Assembly: GCF_963921235.1 (NCBI RefSeq) | Contig: NC_086097.1 | Span: 233,246,001-233,310,000 of the forward strand | Source of the DNA: Mobula hypostoma | Taxonomy: Eukaryota | Reading direction: 5' to 3' | DNA length: 64,000 nt | Shown: positions 46,697-57,829 of the stretch, piece by piece | Layout of the letters: every line of letters begins with the position of its first letter | Position numbering within the stretch: position 1 is the first letter of the stretch | Made by a program: the position numbers and the translations under genes | The notes under the pieces: generated by a model | What the model saw: only the letters and a program-made list of their open reading frames with translations | What the model was told of the DNA's origin: nothing | Databases searched by the model: none

Positions 46697-48372
46697 TGTA
46701 ATGTTTCACTGCTAAGGTAATGGTTTCTCTGTAGCAGCAGTGTTTGGGTTATGACTAGAGATAACGGGGGCTTTGGAATGTGAGCCATCCAATGAGAGGC
46801 ATGTTGTTTCTTCTTGAGTGTCTGAGAGAAGTTATTCTCGTTTTTTTGTCGGCGAGAGATGAAGAGAGAAGATGCGAGTGGAGAGAGCTGGTAGACTGCA
46901 GGACCGAGTGGACTCGGAGTGAGGGTCCAGGAGTTGGCGGCACTCAGGGGAGGTTGATGGACGGAACCGTGAGCTCCAATATGACTGTTTCATTAAAATG
47001 GCTCTTTTTCTTTTTATTTTCTATACTAACCCTATACTCAAATTAAGAATTATAAAGCTCAATCGTTTAATTGCATATGGTATACTGTCTGATATTTTGC
47101 GGTACGGATTTGGGCAACACATCATGCAACATCCACACAAATGACATTTCTTAGTTTGGCTGGGCCAGAGGCTGTCTTCACCTAGACAAACGCATGTTGG
47201 CCGAACCTGAGGGTTACAACTGTGGCAGCTCGTCCGGGATCGATTTTGTTGGATGCTGTATGATCATTGCCCTGAGCATTGAACCAGTGGGTTGTGTGTT
47301 TAAGTCTGTTCCGCTATGGATGCTGCTGGGGTGGAGTGGTGTTGTGCCTCCATGAGGTCACCAGTCACTAATACGTGCTTGTTGAGTGGGGTGGTTGTCG
47401 GCGTTGTCAGACACCAACAGAATCAACAAACTCATCTGTAAGGCCAGTGACGTTGTGGGGATGGAACTGGACTCTCTGACGGTGGTGTCTGAAAAGAGGA
47501 TGCTGTCCAAGTTGCATGCCATCTTGGACAATGTCTCCCATCCACTACATAATGTACTGGTTGGGCACAGGAGTACATTCAGCCAGAGACTCATTCCACC
47601 GAGATGCAGCACAGAGAGTCATAGGAAGTCATTCCTGCCTGTGGCCATCAAACTTTACACTCCTCCCTTGGAGGGTCAGACACCCTGAGCCAATAGGCTG
47701 GTCCTGGACTTATTTCCTGGCATAATTTACATATTACTATTTAACTATTTATGGTTTTATTACTATTTATTATTTATGGTGCAACTGTAACAGAAACCAG
47801 TTTTCCCTGGGATCAATAAAGTATGACTATGACTATGATTTCAGCCTGAAGTACCGGCCAGGAAGCAGGAACATTGATGCTGATGCTTTGTCCCGACAAG
47901 CGCATGAGGGACTGGACAGGGACGAGGAGTGGGAGAGCATTCCTGCCGCGGGGATGAAGGCCATGTGTCAATTTGCCATCACTGTGAAAGCAGAGGGAAA
48001 GCAGGGGTAGGAACAAGTGGTGGATCAATTGGGAGCTTCTAATGATGCCATTCCTCAAGTTTACTGTAACCTGACTGCTCTGAAGACAAATCAGCTGTCA
48101 GAATTGAGTTCTGGGGAAGCAGCAGTTGCTCAGCGAGATGACTCAGGCATTGGTACCATATGATCTGTGGTTGAAAAGGGCCACGTCTCAGGTGGAGAAG
48201 ATGAAACATACCGCAGTGGCCCCATTACTGAGAAAATGGCCCTGGTTGGAGTTGCGGAACCAGATCCGATACAAGGTCACGTAACCTCTGGACCAGCTCC
48301 AGCTGGTTCTGCCGGAAAAGTATTGGAGGATTGTGTTGAAGTCACTCCATGATGGTTCTGGATATTTGGGGT
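46697..48372 (+). mobile_element. Gypsy LTR remnant: LTR, PBS, PNMA-like gag start, RNase H/integrase remnant
   Basis: LTR TGTAA...TTACA at 46697-47218; PBS TGGCAGCTCGTCCGGGAT at 47223-47240 (tRNA-Pro-like); MDAAGVEWC...TCLLSGV; DFSLKYRPGSRNIDADALSR; QLVLPEKYWRIVLKSLHD. Confidence 0.8.
47393..47838 (+). mobile_element. Rex1/Babar-like LINE 3' fragment nested in the Gypsy remnant
   Basis: ORF 47386-47688 and (TATGAC)n tail. Confidence 0.85.
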
Positions 48373-48659
48373 ATCTATTAATGGCCAGTTAACCTGTGCC
48401 ATGACGGGACACCGAGGAAAGTAGAAAGAATAAAACATTGGAATTCAGCACACTCTCAGTACATCACGCTCTTGAAATGTTCCGATCCTATGAATCTCAT
48501 GGAAGACTAGCAAAATACTCTTTAGAAAACCTGATTGCTTTTTGCTTATCCTTAATTCCAAACATAAAATATCAATTTGTTCAAATATTGAGTAATTCAA
48601 GTATAAGTATATAATATATTCAAATATGAGTAAACACATAATTAGCAATCAACATTGGG

Positions 48660-51600
48660 TCCCCCAACGGGCGAGGCAAAGTAGGTTTGGTTTTCAACTT
48701 TCCCTGTTATTTGAGGTAAGGGGGAAGTATGAGTGTGAGGGCAGATTGTTGTTCTCAGTGTCGGATGTGAGAGGTACTGGAGTCTCCTAGCCTCCTGGAC
48801 GTCCACATCTGCACCAGGTGCGCCGAGCTGCAGCTCCTAAAGGATCGTGTTAGGGAACTGGAGCTGCAGCTCGATGACCTTCGTCTGGTCAGGGAGAGTG
48901 AGGAGTTGATAGAGAGGAATTACAGGCAGGTGGTCATACTGGGGCCACCGGAGGCAGACAAGTGGTTCACAGTTAGGAGGGGGAAAGGGAAGTGTCAGGT
49001 ACTAGAGAGTACCCCAGTGGCTGTACCCCTTGACAATAAGTACTCTTGTTTGAGTACTGTTGTGGGGGACAGCCTACCTGGGGGAAACGACAGTAGCCGT
49101 GCCTCCGGCACAGAGTCCAGCCCAGTAGCTCAGAAGGCTACAGAAAGGAAGAGGAGGGCAGTAGTAATAGGGGACTCGATAGTTATGGGGTCAGATAGGT
49201 GATTCTGTGAACGCAGTCCAGAGACCCGGATGGTAGTTTGCCTCCCTGGTGCCAGGGTCCGGGATGTTTCTGATTGCATCCAAGATAACTTGAAGTGGGA
49301 GGGTGAGGAGCCAGAGGTCGTGGTACATATAGGTACCAATGCCATAGGTAGGAAAAGGGAAGAAGTCCTGAAAGGAGAATATAGGGAGTTAGGAAGGGAG
49401 TTGAGTAAAAGGACCGCAAAGGTAGTAATCTCAGGATTACTGCCTGTGCCACGCGACAGTGAGATTAGGAATGCAATGAGGTGGAGGATAAATGCGTGGC
49501 TGAGGGATTGGAGCAGGGGGCAGGGATTCAAGTTTCTGGATCATTGGGACCTCTTTTGGGGCAGGTGTGACCTGTACAAAATGGACGTGTTGCACTTGAA
49601 TCCTAGGGAGACCAATATCCTGGCCGGGAGATTTGCGAAGGTTACTGGGGAGATTTTAAAGTAGAATAGTTGGGGGGTGGGAATCAAATTAAAGAGGCTA
49701 GGAGAGAGGAGGTTAGTTCACAAATAGAGAAAACTAGTAGACAGTGTGTGAGGGAGGATAGGCGGGTGACAGAGAAGGGGAGCACTCAGACTGAAGATGT
49801 AGGGGAGAAGAAAGAAAAGATAATAAAGTTGTTTGCACCATTCAGGATAAACAGAGAGTAAGAGCTGGAGAGTTTCTTAAATGCATCTATTTTAATGCTA
49901 GGAGCATTGTAAGAAAGGTGGATGAGCTCAGAGCATGGATTGATACTTGGAAATATGATGTTGTAGCTATTAATGAAACATGGTTGCAGGAGGGGTGTGA
50001 TTGGCAACTAAATATTCCTGGATTTCATTGCTTCAGGTGTGATAGAATGTGAGGGGAAGGGGGGGGTGTTGCATAGCTTGTTAGAGAAAATATTACAGCT
50101 GTGCTTTGGCAGGATAGATTAGAGGGCTTGTCTAGGGAGTCTATTTGGGTGGAATTGAGGAATGGGAAAGGTGCAGTAACACTTATAGGGGTGTATTATA
50201 GACCACATAATGGGGAGCGAGAATTGGAGGAGCAAATTTGTAAGGAGATAGCAGATATTTGTAGTAAGCACAAGGTTGTGATTGTGGGAGATTTTAATTT
50301 TCCACAGATTGACTGGGAAGCCCATTCTGTAAAAGGGCTGGATGCTTTGGAGTTTGTAAAATGTGTGCAGGATAATTTTTTGCAGCAATACATTGAGAGA
50401 ACAAGAGAAGGGGCAGTGTTGGATCTCCTGTTAGGGAATGAGACAGGTCAGGTGACGGGGGTATGTGTTGGGGAGCACTTCGGGTCCAGTGATCACAATG
50501 CCATTAGTTTCAATGTAATTATGGAGAAGTATAGGACTGGACCCAGGGTGCAGACTTTTGATTGGAGAAATGCTAACTTTGAGGAGATGCAAAAGGATTT
50601 AGAAGGAGTGGATTGGGACAATTTGTTTTATGGGAAGGATGTAATAGAGAAATGGAGGCAATTTAAAGGTGAAATTTTGAGGGCACAGAATTTTATGTTC
50701 CTGTTAGGTTGAAAGGAAAGGTTAAAAGTTTGAGAAAGCCATGGTTTTCAAGAGGTATTGGAAACTTGGTTTGGAAAAAGAGAGAGATCTACAATACATA
50801 TAGGCAGCTTGAAGTAAATGAGGTGCTTGAGGAATATAACAAATTTAAAAAGAATCTTAAGAAAGAAATTAGAAAAGCTAAAAGAAGATATGGGGTTGCT
50901 TTGGCAAATAAGGTGAAAATAAATCCGAAGGGTTTCTACAGTTATATTAATAGCAAAAGGATAGTGAGGGATAAAATTGGTCTCTTAGAGAATCGGAGTG
51001 GACAGCTATGTGTGGAGCCAAAAGAGATGGGGGAGATTTTGAACAATTTATTTTCTCCAGTATCCACTAAGGAGAAGGATATTGAATTGTGTAAGGTAAG
51101 GGAAACAAGTAGGGTAGTTATGGAGACTATGATGATTAAAGAAGAGGAGGTACTGGCGTTTTTAAGGAATATAAAAGTGGATAAGTCTCCGGGTCCTGAC
51201 AGGATATTCCCTAGGACCTTGAGGGAAGTTAGTGTGGAAATAGCAGGGGCTGTGACAGAAAAATTTCAAATGTCATTAGAAACAGGGATGGTGCTGGAGT
51301 ATTGGTGTACTGCTCATGTGGTTCCATTGTTTAAAAAGGGTTCTAAGAGTAAACCTAGCAATTGTCGGCCTGTAAGTTTGACGTCAGTCGTGGGTAAATT
51401 AATGGAAAGTATTCTTAGAGATGGTATATATAATTCTCTAGAGAGACAGGGTCTGATTAGGAACAGTCAACATTGATATGTGCGTGGAAGGTCATGTTTG
51501 ACAAATCTTACTGAATTTTTTGAAGAGGTTACTAGGAAAGCTGACGAGGGTACAGCCATGGATGTTGTCTATATGGACTTCAGTAAGGCATTTGACAAGG

Positions 51601-52700
51601 TTCCACACGGAAGGTTAGTTAGGAAGGTTCAATCATTAGGTATTAATATTGAAGTAGTAAAATGGATTCAACAGTGGCTGGATGGGAGATGCCAGAGAGT
51701 AGTGGTGGATAACTGTTTGTCAGCTTGGAGGCCGCTGACTAGTGGTGTGCCTCAGGGATCTGTACTGGATCCAATGTTGTTTGTCATTTAATGATCTGGA
51801 TGATGGGGTGGAAAATTGGATTCGTAAGTATGCAGATGATACTAAGATAGGTGGCGTTGTGGATAATGAAGTAGGTTTTCAAAGATGCAGAGAGATTTAG
51901 GCCAGTTAGAAGAGTGGGCTGAAAGATGGCAGATGGAGTTTAATGCTGATAAGTGTGAGGTGATGCATTTTGGTAGGACTAATCAAAATCAGACATTCAT
52001 GGTAAATGGTAGGGAATTGAGGAATGCAGTAAAACAGAGTGATCTAGGGATAATGGTGCATAGTTCCCTGAAGGTGGAATCTCATGTGTATAGGGTGGTG
52101 AAGAAAGCTTTTGGTATACTGGCCTTTATAAATCAGAGCATTGAGTACAGGAGTTGGGATGTAATGTTAAAATTGTACCGAATTGTAGGAAAGATGTCAA
52201 CAAAATAGAGAGAGAACAGAGGAGATTTAGTAGAATGTTACCTGGGTTTCAGCATCTAAGTTACAGAGAAAGGTTGAACAAGTTAGGTCTTTATTCTTTG
52301 GAGCATAGAAGGTTGAGGAGGGATTTGAAAGAGGTATTTAAAATTCTGAGGGGGATAGATAGAGTTGACGTGGATAGGCTTCTTCCATTGAGAGTAGGGG
52401 AGATTCAAACAAGAGGACATGAGTTGAGAATTAAGGGGCAAAAGTTTAGGGGTAACATGAGGGGGAACTTCTTTACTCAAATAGTGGTAGCTGTGTGGAA
52501 TGAGCTTCCAGTAGAAGTGGTTGAGGCAGGTTCGATTTTGTCATTAAAAAAAAATTGGATAAATATCTGGGCAGGAAAGGAATGGAGGGTTATGGGCTGA
52601 GTGCAGGTCAGTGGGACTTAGTGAGAGTAAGCGTTCGGCAAGGACTAGAAGGGCCAAGATGGCTTGTTTCCGTGCTGTAGTTGTTATATGGTTATATATG
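48660..52700 (+). mobile_element. Near full-length decayed CR1 LINE
   Basis: ORF1 from ATG 48729 (CxxC...CxxC, coiled coil, GDS/GTN esterase) to 49664. ORF2 APE+RT broken by stops and frameshifts. (GTTATATG)n tail. Confidence 0.92.
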
Positions 52701-53496
52701 GTTAACATGTTCAGGTGTGTGAGAAGACACTCTTGTGCGCTTAACCACCTGAGGGCACTTTTACGGATACAGCCTGGTAACAGGGCCTTCGTCCCAACAA
52801 GCCCACACCACCCAATTATACCAATGAGATCAATTAACCTACTAACACATACATCTTTGGAATGTGTGAGGAAAGCTGAGTACACAGAGGAAATTCACAC
52901 TATCACGGGAAGAACATACCATCTTCTTGCAAACAGTGTGAGAATAGCATTATGCTAACCACTACACAACCATGCTGCCCCTTTTAATAAGATTATAGCT
53001 CAAGGGACCTGAAGTCTGCTTTGGTTATTACACACCTCACCTCCATACCTTAAGAAAACAACCCCCTTTCCGCTTTAGGGCTTCTCCCAGAATGGTCCCC
53101 TGCCCAACAAGCTCTCTAACAGAACCGGGGCTTGGGCAGAGAACTTGTTGAAAAATAAGAAGCATCATAAGATTCGAAAATAAGAAATGGAGGATGAAAA
53201 AATCAGAAATGTGAGTTTTCCAACTGAAACAAGTTCTGACACTCACTCCCCCACCCCAGCACATAGCAATGTTTCCTTTGTAATATTACTGTCATAAACA
53301 TTATGTTTTCAAGCATGCTACAGCTCATTCCATTCACTCTTCTGTGCTCGAATTCCAACAACTATTTTATATTGATTTAATTTAGATGTTCAATTTTTAG
53401 ATTCTTCTAATGCTGATGAAAGGTTGCATTAAAAGTATAATTTTTTGCACAAACCTGCTGTTTTTTAGAATGCTGTCAATCATAATTCAGTATTTT

Positions 53497-54640
53497 CTGC
53501 TCCGGAACCTGGGCCTTAGCACTCAGATCTGCAGCTGGATCTTCAACTTCCTCACAGACAGGACCCAGGCTGTAAAAATAGGGGACAAGCTCTCCTCTAC
53601 AATCACTCTGAGCACCAGTGCCCCACAAGGCTGTGTACTCAGCCCCCTGCTGTACTCACTGTACTCCCATGATTGTGTAGCCAAGTTTCCATCAAACTCA
53701 ATATATAAGTTTGCTGATGACACAACAATTGTAGGCCGTATCTCGGGTAATGATGAGTTTGAGTACAGAGAGGAAATTAAGAACCCGGTGGCATTGGGTG
53801 AAGACAATAACCTATCCCTCAACGTCAACAAGGTGAAGGAATTGGTTGTTGACTTCAGAAGGAGTAGCAGACCGCACAACCCAACTTACATTGCTGGTGC
53901 GCAAGTGGAACAGGTCAAAAGCTTTAATTTCCTCGGGGTCAATATCACAAATGCCCTGACTTGGTCCAACCAAGCAGAGTTCACTGCCAAGAAGGCCCAC
54001 CAGCGCCTTTACTTTCTGAGAAAACTAAAGAATTTTGGCCTGTCCCCTAAAACCCTCACTAATTTTTATAGATGAACCGTAGAAAACATTCTTCTGGGGT
54101 ACATCACAACCTGGTATGGAAGTTGTCCTGTCCAGGACCGAAAGAAGCTGCAGAAGATCGTGAACACGGCGCAGCACATCACACAAACCAATCTTCCATT
54201 CTTGGACTCACTTTACACCGCACGCTGTCGGAGCAGTGCTGCCAGGATAATCAAGGACACGACCCACCCAGCCAACAAACTTTTCTTCCCTCTTCCCTCC
54301 GGGAGAAGGCTCAGGAGCTTGAAGACTCATACAGCCAGATTTGGGAAAAGCTTCTTTCCAACTGTGATAACACTGCTGAATGGATCCTGACCCGGATCTG
54401 GGCCGTACCCTCTGAATATCTGGACCTGCCTCTCGGTTTTTTTGCACTATCTTACTCCCCATTTTCCCATTTTCTATTTATGATTTATAATTTAAATTTT
54501 TAATATTTACTAATTTTAACTATTTTTAATATTTAATATTTGTAATCCAGGGAGTGGGAAGTGCAGAATCAAATATCGCTGTGATGATTGTACGTTCTAG
54601 TACCAATTGTTTGGCGACAATAAAGTATAAAGTATAAAGT
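53497..54640 (+). mobile_element. Rex1/Babar-like LINE, 5'-truncated
   Basis: [19 protein letters not shown]...[21 protein letters not shown], (TAAAGTA)n tail. Confidence 0.9.
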
Positions 54641-54847
54641 ATGTTCTACATGAGTAGTTTAGTTTATTATTGGCATCAGCTTGGGGAGTCTGGAACCAAG
54701 ATGCTTCAAAGCTGAGCTGAGTGAGTGCTGTCTGTTTTGACTGTTCATCAGAGTACTCTCAGAAGTGTTGGGGTGGAGGAATGTTTCCTTGGTAACAGTG
54801 TCCAGTTTTCACTCCTTATGGTGGCATTGCTACTATTATCATTCATT

Positions 54848-55050
54848 ACACCACACACAATATGCTAGAGGAACTTAGCAGGGCAGCAGCAACTATGGAG
54901 AAAAATGAAGTTGATGTTTTAAGACAAGACCTTTCATCAGAAATCAGTCCAAAACATCTATTCCTCTTCATAGATGCTGCCTGATCTGCTGAGTTCTTCC
55001 AGCATTTGTGTGTGTTGCTCTGGATTTCCAGCATCTGCAGAACCTCTTGG
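54848..55050. repeat. Inverted pair of Penelope pseudo-LTR fragments
   Basis: Arms related to CACAAAATGCTGGAGGAACTCAGCAG in both orientations. Similar pieces at ~8740, 21310-21400, 30520-30645, 31372-31460, 39205-39335, 40305-40420, 44385-44530 and 57365-57550. Confidence 0.7.
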
Positions 55051-55425
55051 GTGGTGGGGTGGAGATACATCTCTACCAAAGGAAGTGTAAGGAGCTCTTT
55101 CCCTCCGCTAGCCTGCAGGTCACCCTTGGGCAAGGTGCAGCACCTGCTTAGCCGCCCGATCAGGTCATGTGAAGCCGTGAGAGCAGGTGGTGAATGGTCG
55201 TATAAGCAGCTGCTGCAGATCACAAGTCCTGGTTATGCTAGGCCGTCAGGCAAACAATCTCTGAATAGTATTGGTAATGGCTGAGTTCAGCCATCTTGTA
55301 AAGACACCGCCCAGAAGAAGGCAATGACAAACTGCTTCAGTAGAAACATTTTCCAAGAGCAATCTTTGTCATGGAGAGCACAATTGCCCACATCATTTGA
55401 CACAGCAAATGATGATGATGCTGAT
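55050..55425 (+). mobile_element. Short retroelement with Bov-A/Sauria-like RTE tail, (TGA)n end
   Basis: Homologous to 38515-38880. Imperfect TSD GCAGAACCTCTTG / GCCGAATCTCTTG. Confidence 0.65.
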
Positions 55426-55517
55426 GCTGATGCCGAATCTCTTGTGTTTACCACCATTCGTTAAGTGTTTACTCAATAGCACCAGGCTCATCACTGGAAG
55501 GATCTACTGATGGATAT

Positions 55518-56190
55518 ATCAGAATCAGGTTTAGTATCACCAGCATGTCTCATGAAATTTGTTAACTTAGCAGCAGCAGTTCAATAAAATACATAATATA
55601 GAAAAAGAAGAAAAAATAATAATATTAAATATATCAATCAATTACAGTATATGTATATTGAATCGATTAAAAATCATCTGAAAAACAGAAGTAATATATA
55701 TTAAAAAGTGAGGTAGTGTTCATGGGTTCAATGTCCGTTTAGGAATCGGATGGCAGAGGGGAAGAAGCTGTTCCTGAATCGCTGAGTGTGTGCCTTCAGG
55801 CTTCTGTACCTCCTGCCTGATGCTAACAGTGAGGAAAGGGCATGTCCTGGGTGCTGGGAGTCCTTAGTAATGGATGCTGCGTTTCTGAGTAACGGCTCCT
55901 TGAAGGTGTCCTGGGTTACTTTGTAGGCTAATGCCCAAGATGGAGCTGACTAAATGTATAGCCTTCTGCAGCTTCTTTCGGTCCTGGGCAGTAGCCACCC
56001 ACCCCGATACCAGACAGTGATGCAGTCTGTCAGAAAGTTCTCCTTGGTATATCTATAGAAGATTTTGAGTGTATTTGTTGACATACCAAATCTCTTCAAA
56101 CTCCTAATGAAGTATTGTCGTTGTCTTGCTTTCTTTACAACTGCATCGATATGTTGGAACCAGGTTAGGTCCTCAGGGATCTTGACACTG
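55518..56190 (-). mobile_element. Rex1/Babar-like LINE 3' fragment
   Basis: VVKKARQRQYFIRSLKRFG; same family as 8140-8652. Confidence 0.8.
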
Positions 56191-56384
56191 TTCAAAGCAA
56201 AATATTGCGGGTGATATTAAAAATGCTGATAGAAAATGTCTCCCATTCATTGTGCTTGCATATTACATATACTTTGATGCCATGTTTTTCTGTGTCGTTA
56301 GTATTCTCACTACCGAATATGAAGTTTGTGAATTCGGGTACCACTCCAGAGACAAGCCAAGTCAAGGCTAATGCATTAAGTAGT

Positions 56385-56670
56385 CATATTGGATATGCTG
56401 CCTTTCATCTGAGATACTGAACACTTCCTGGTATCTCTGCTGAATGTTAAAGATCCCACGTGCTGTTTCAAAGAGGAGGCAGCTGCTTTTTTTTCCTCTA
56501 TCAATATTCCGAAAATAAATTATTCACGCAATACTGTTTGAATAAGATTAATGTTTTCCATTTTGACTGCCACATTTCCATCACAGTTTAAGAAAAGTCT
56601 CTCATTGGCTGTACAGTGCTTTGGGAAGTGCCGAGATTGTGAAAGTTGATCCAAGTGTATGTTGTTCATT
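56385..56670 (+). mobile_element. Ancient Deu-domain SINE
   Basis: TGTTAAAGATCCCACGTGCTGTTTCAAAGAGGAG and CATTGGCTGTACAGTGCTTTGGG blocks. Confidence 0.5.
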
Positions 56671-57829
56671 TTACAGGAGCTATATGCTGAAGAAAATCTC
56701 CAGAACAGGGCAAGAATGGGTCATGGATACATTGAAAAATGTGAACATGCCAGTAATCAATGCTGAATGACATTGAAATAGGATAAAGCCCTTATTTACA
56801 TTATAAACAAAAATATATTCTCCTGCTAGCTTGTTGTTCACATCTATTCCTACTTCTTGCTAAGTGACAACATACTCCTAGTAAACATTTCCATTAGCTT
56901 GTGACTAAGTTCTCCAACTCTCAACCAACTGGCCTTACTCCTTCAAGATTCACATATTACATAACATTAAAAGCAAGTCTTCCACTTCTATGTCAAGCTT
57001 TAGTGATTGGTCAATGAAACTTTGAGTACGTTTTTAACTCCCTCCGAGGTTGGTCTAAGATGACCATTTGTTTTGGCACCATAGAAATGCAAGCCTTTCT
57101 TTCTTTCTTCCTTTTTCCCATTGCCCACCCCTGTCACTAAGCTGTTTTTGACCACTGATTCAGTCAGAAGACTTTTCCCAGCAGTTTGACCGGTCACTCA
57201 AGTTGTCTGGTATGACAGACAAGGGCAATAGGGAGTGGATGAAACAGGTGTGCATCCACTCAGAGTGTTGCTGACGTATACAATGCAGTGAGAAAGGTCT
57301 GGGAAATCCAATGGTGGAGCTGAATGTCAAAGAAACTAAAGGTATATTTACACCAGAGGTACATATACTAAAGGCTGGAGGAACTCAGTAGTTCAGACAT
57401 CATCTATGAAAAGGAACAAACAGGCTGAGATACCTTCTGAAACGTTAGCTGTGCATTCCTTTTCCGTAGATGCTGCTTAACCTGCTGAGTTCCTCAAGCA
57501 TTTTGTGTGTGTTTTCTCTGGATTTCCAGCATCCACAGATTCTCTTGTGTTTGTGGTTTCAGAAGCCAACTCATTCAGTGAGAATTGGGAATAAAATTTC
57601 CTCCTCACTGATTGTCAACACAGGTACATCTCAAGGCTATGTGATTAACTCCTGCACTACTCACTGTATACACATGACTATTCAGGTAGACACAGCTCCG
57701 GTGCCAAGAGAGCTTTGACCAGTGGCCAATCCAAACATTGGAGGTTTTGAGAGAAGGGGACTTCAATCAGGTCCACTGCCCGAGTACAAAAGGCAGCAAC
57801 GGGTTGCTACAATGAAAAGGAGCGACCAA

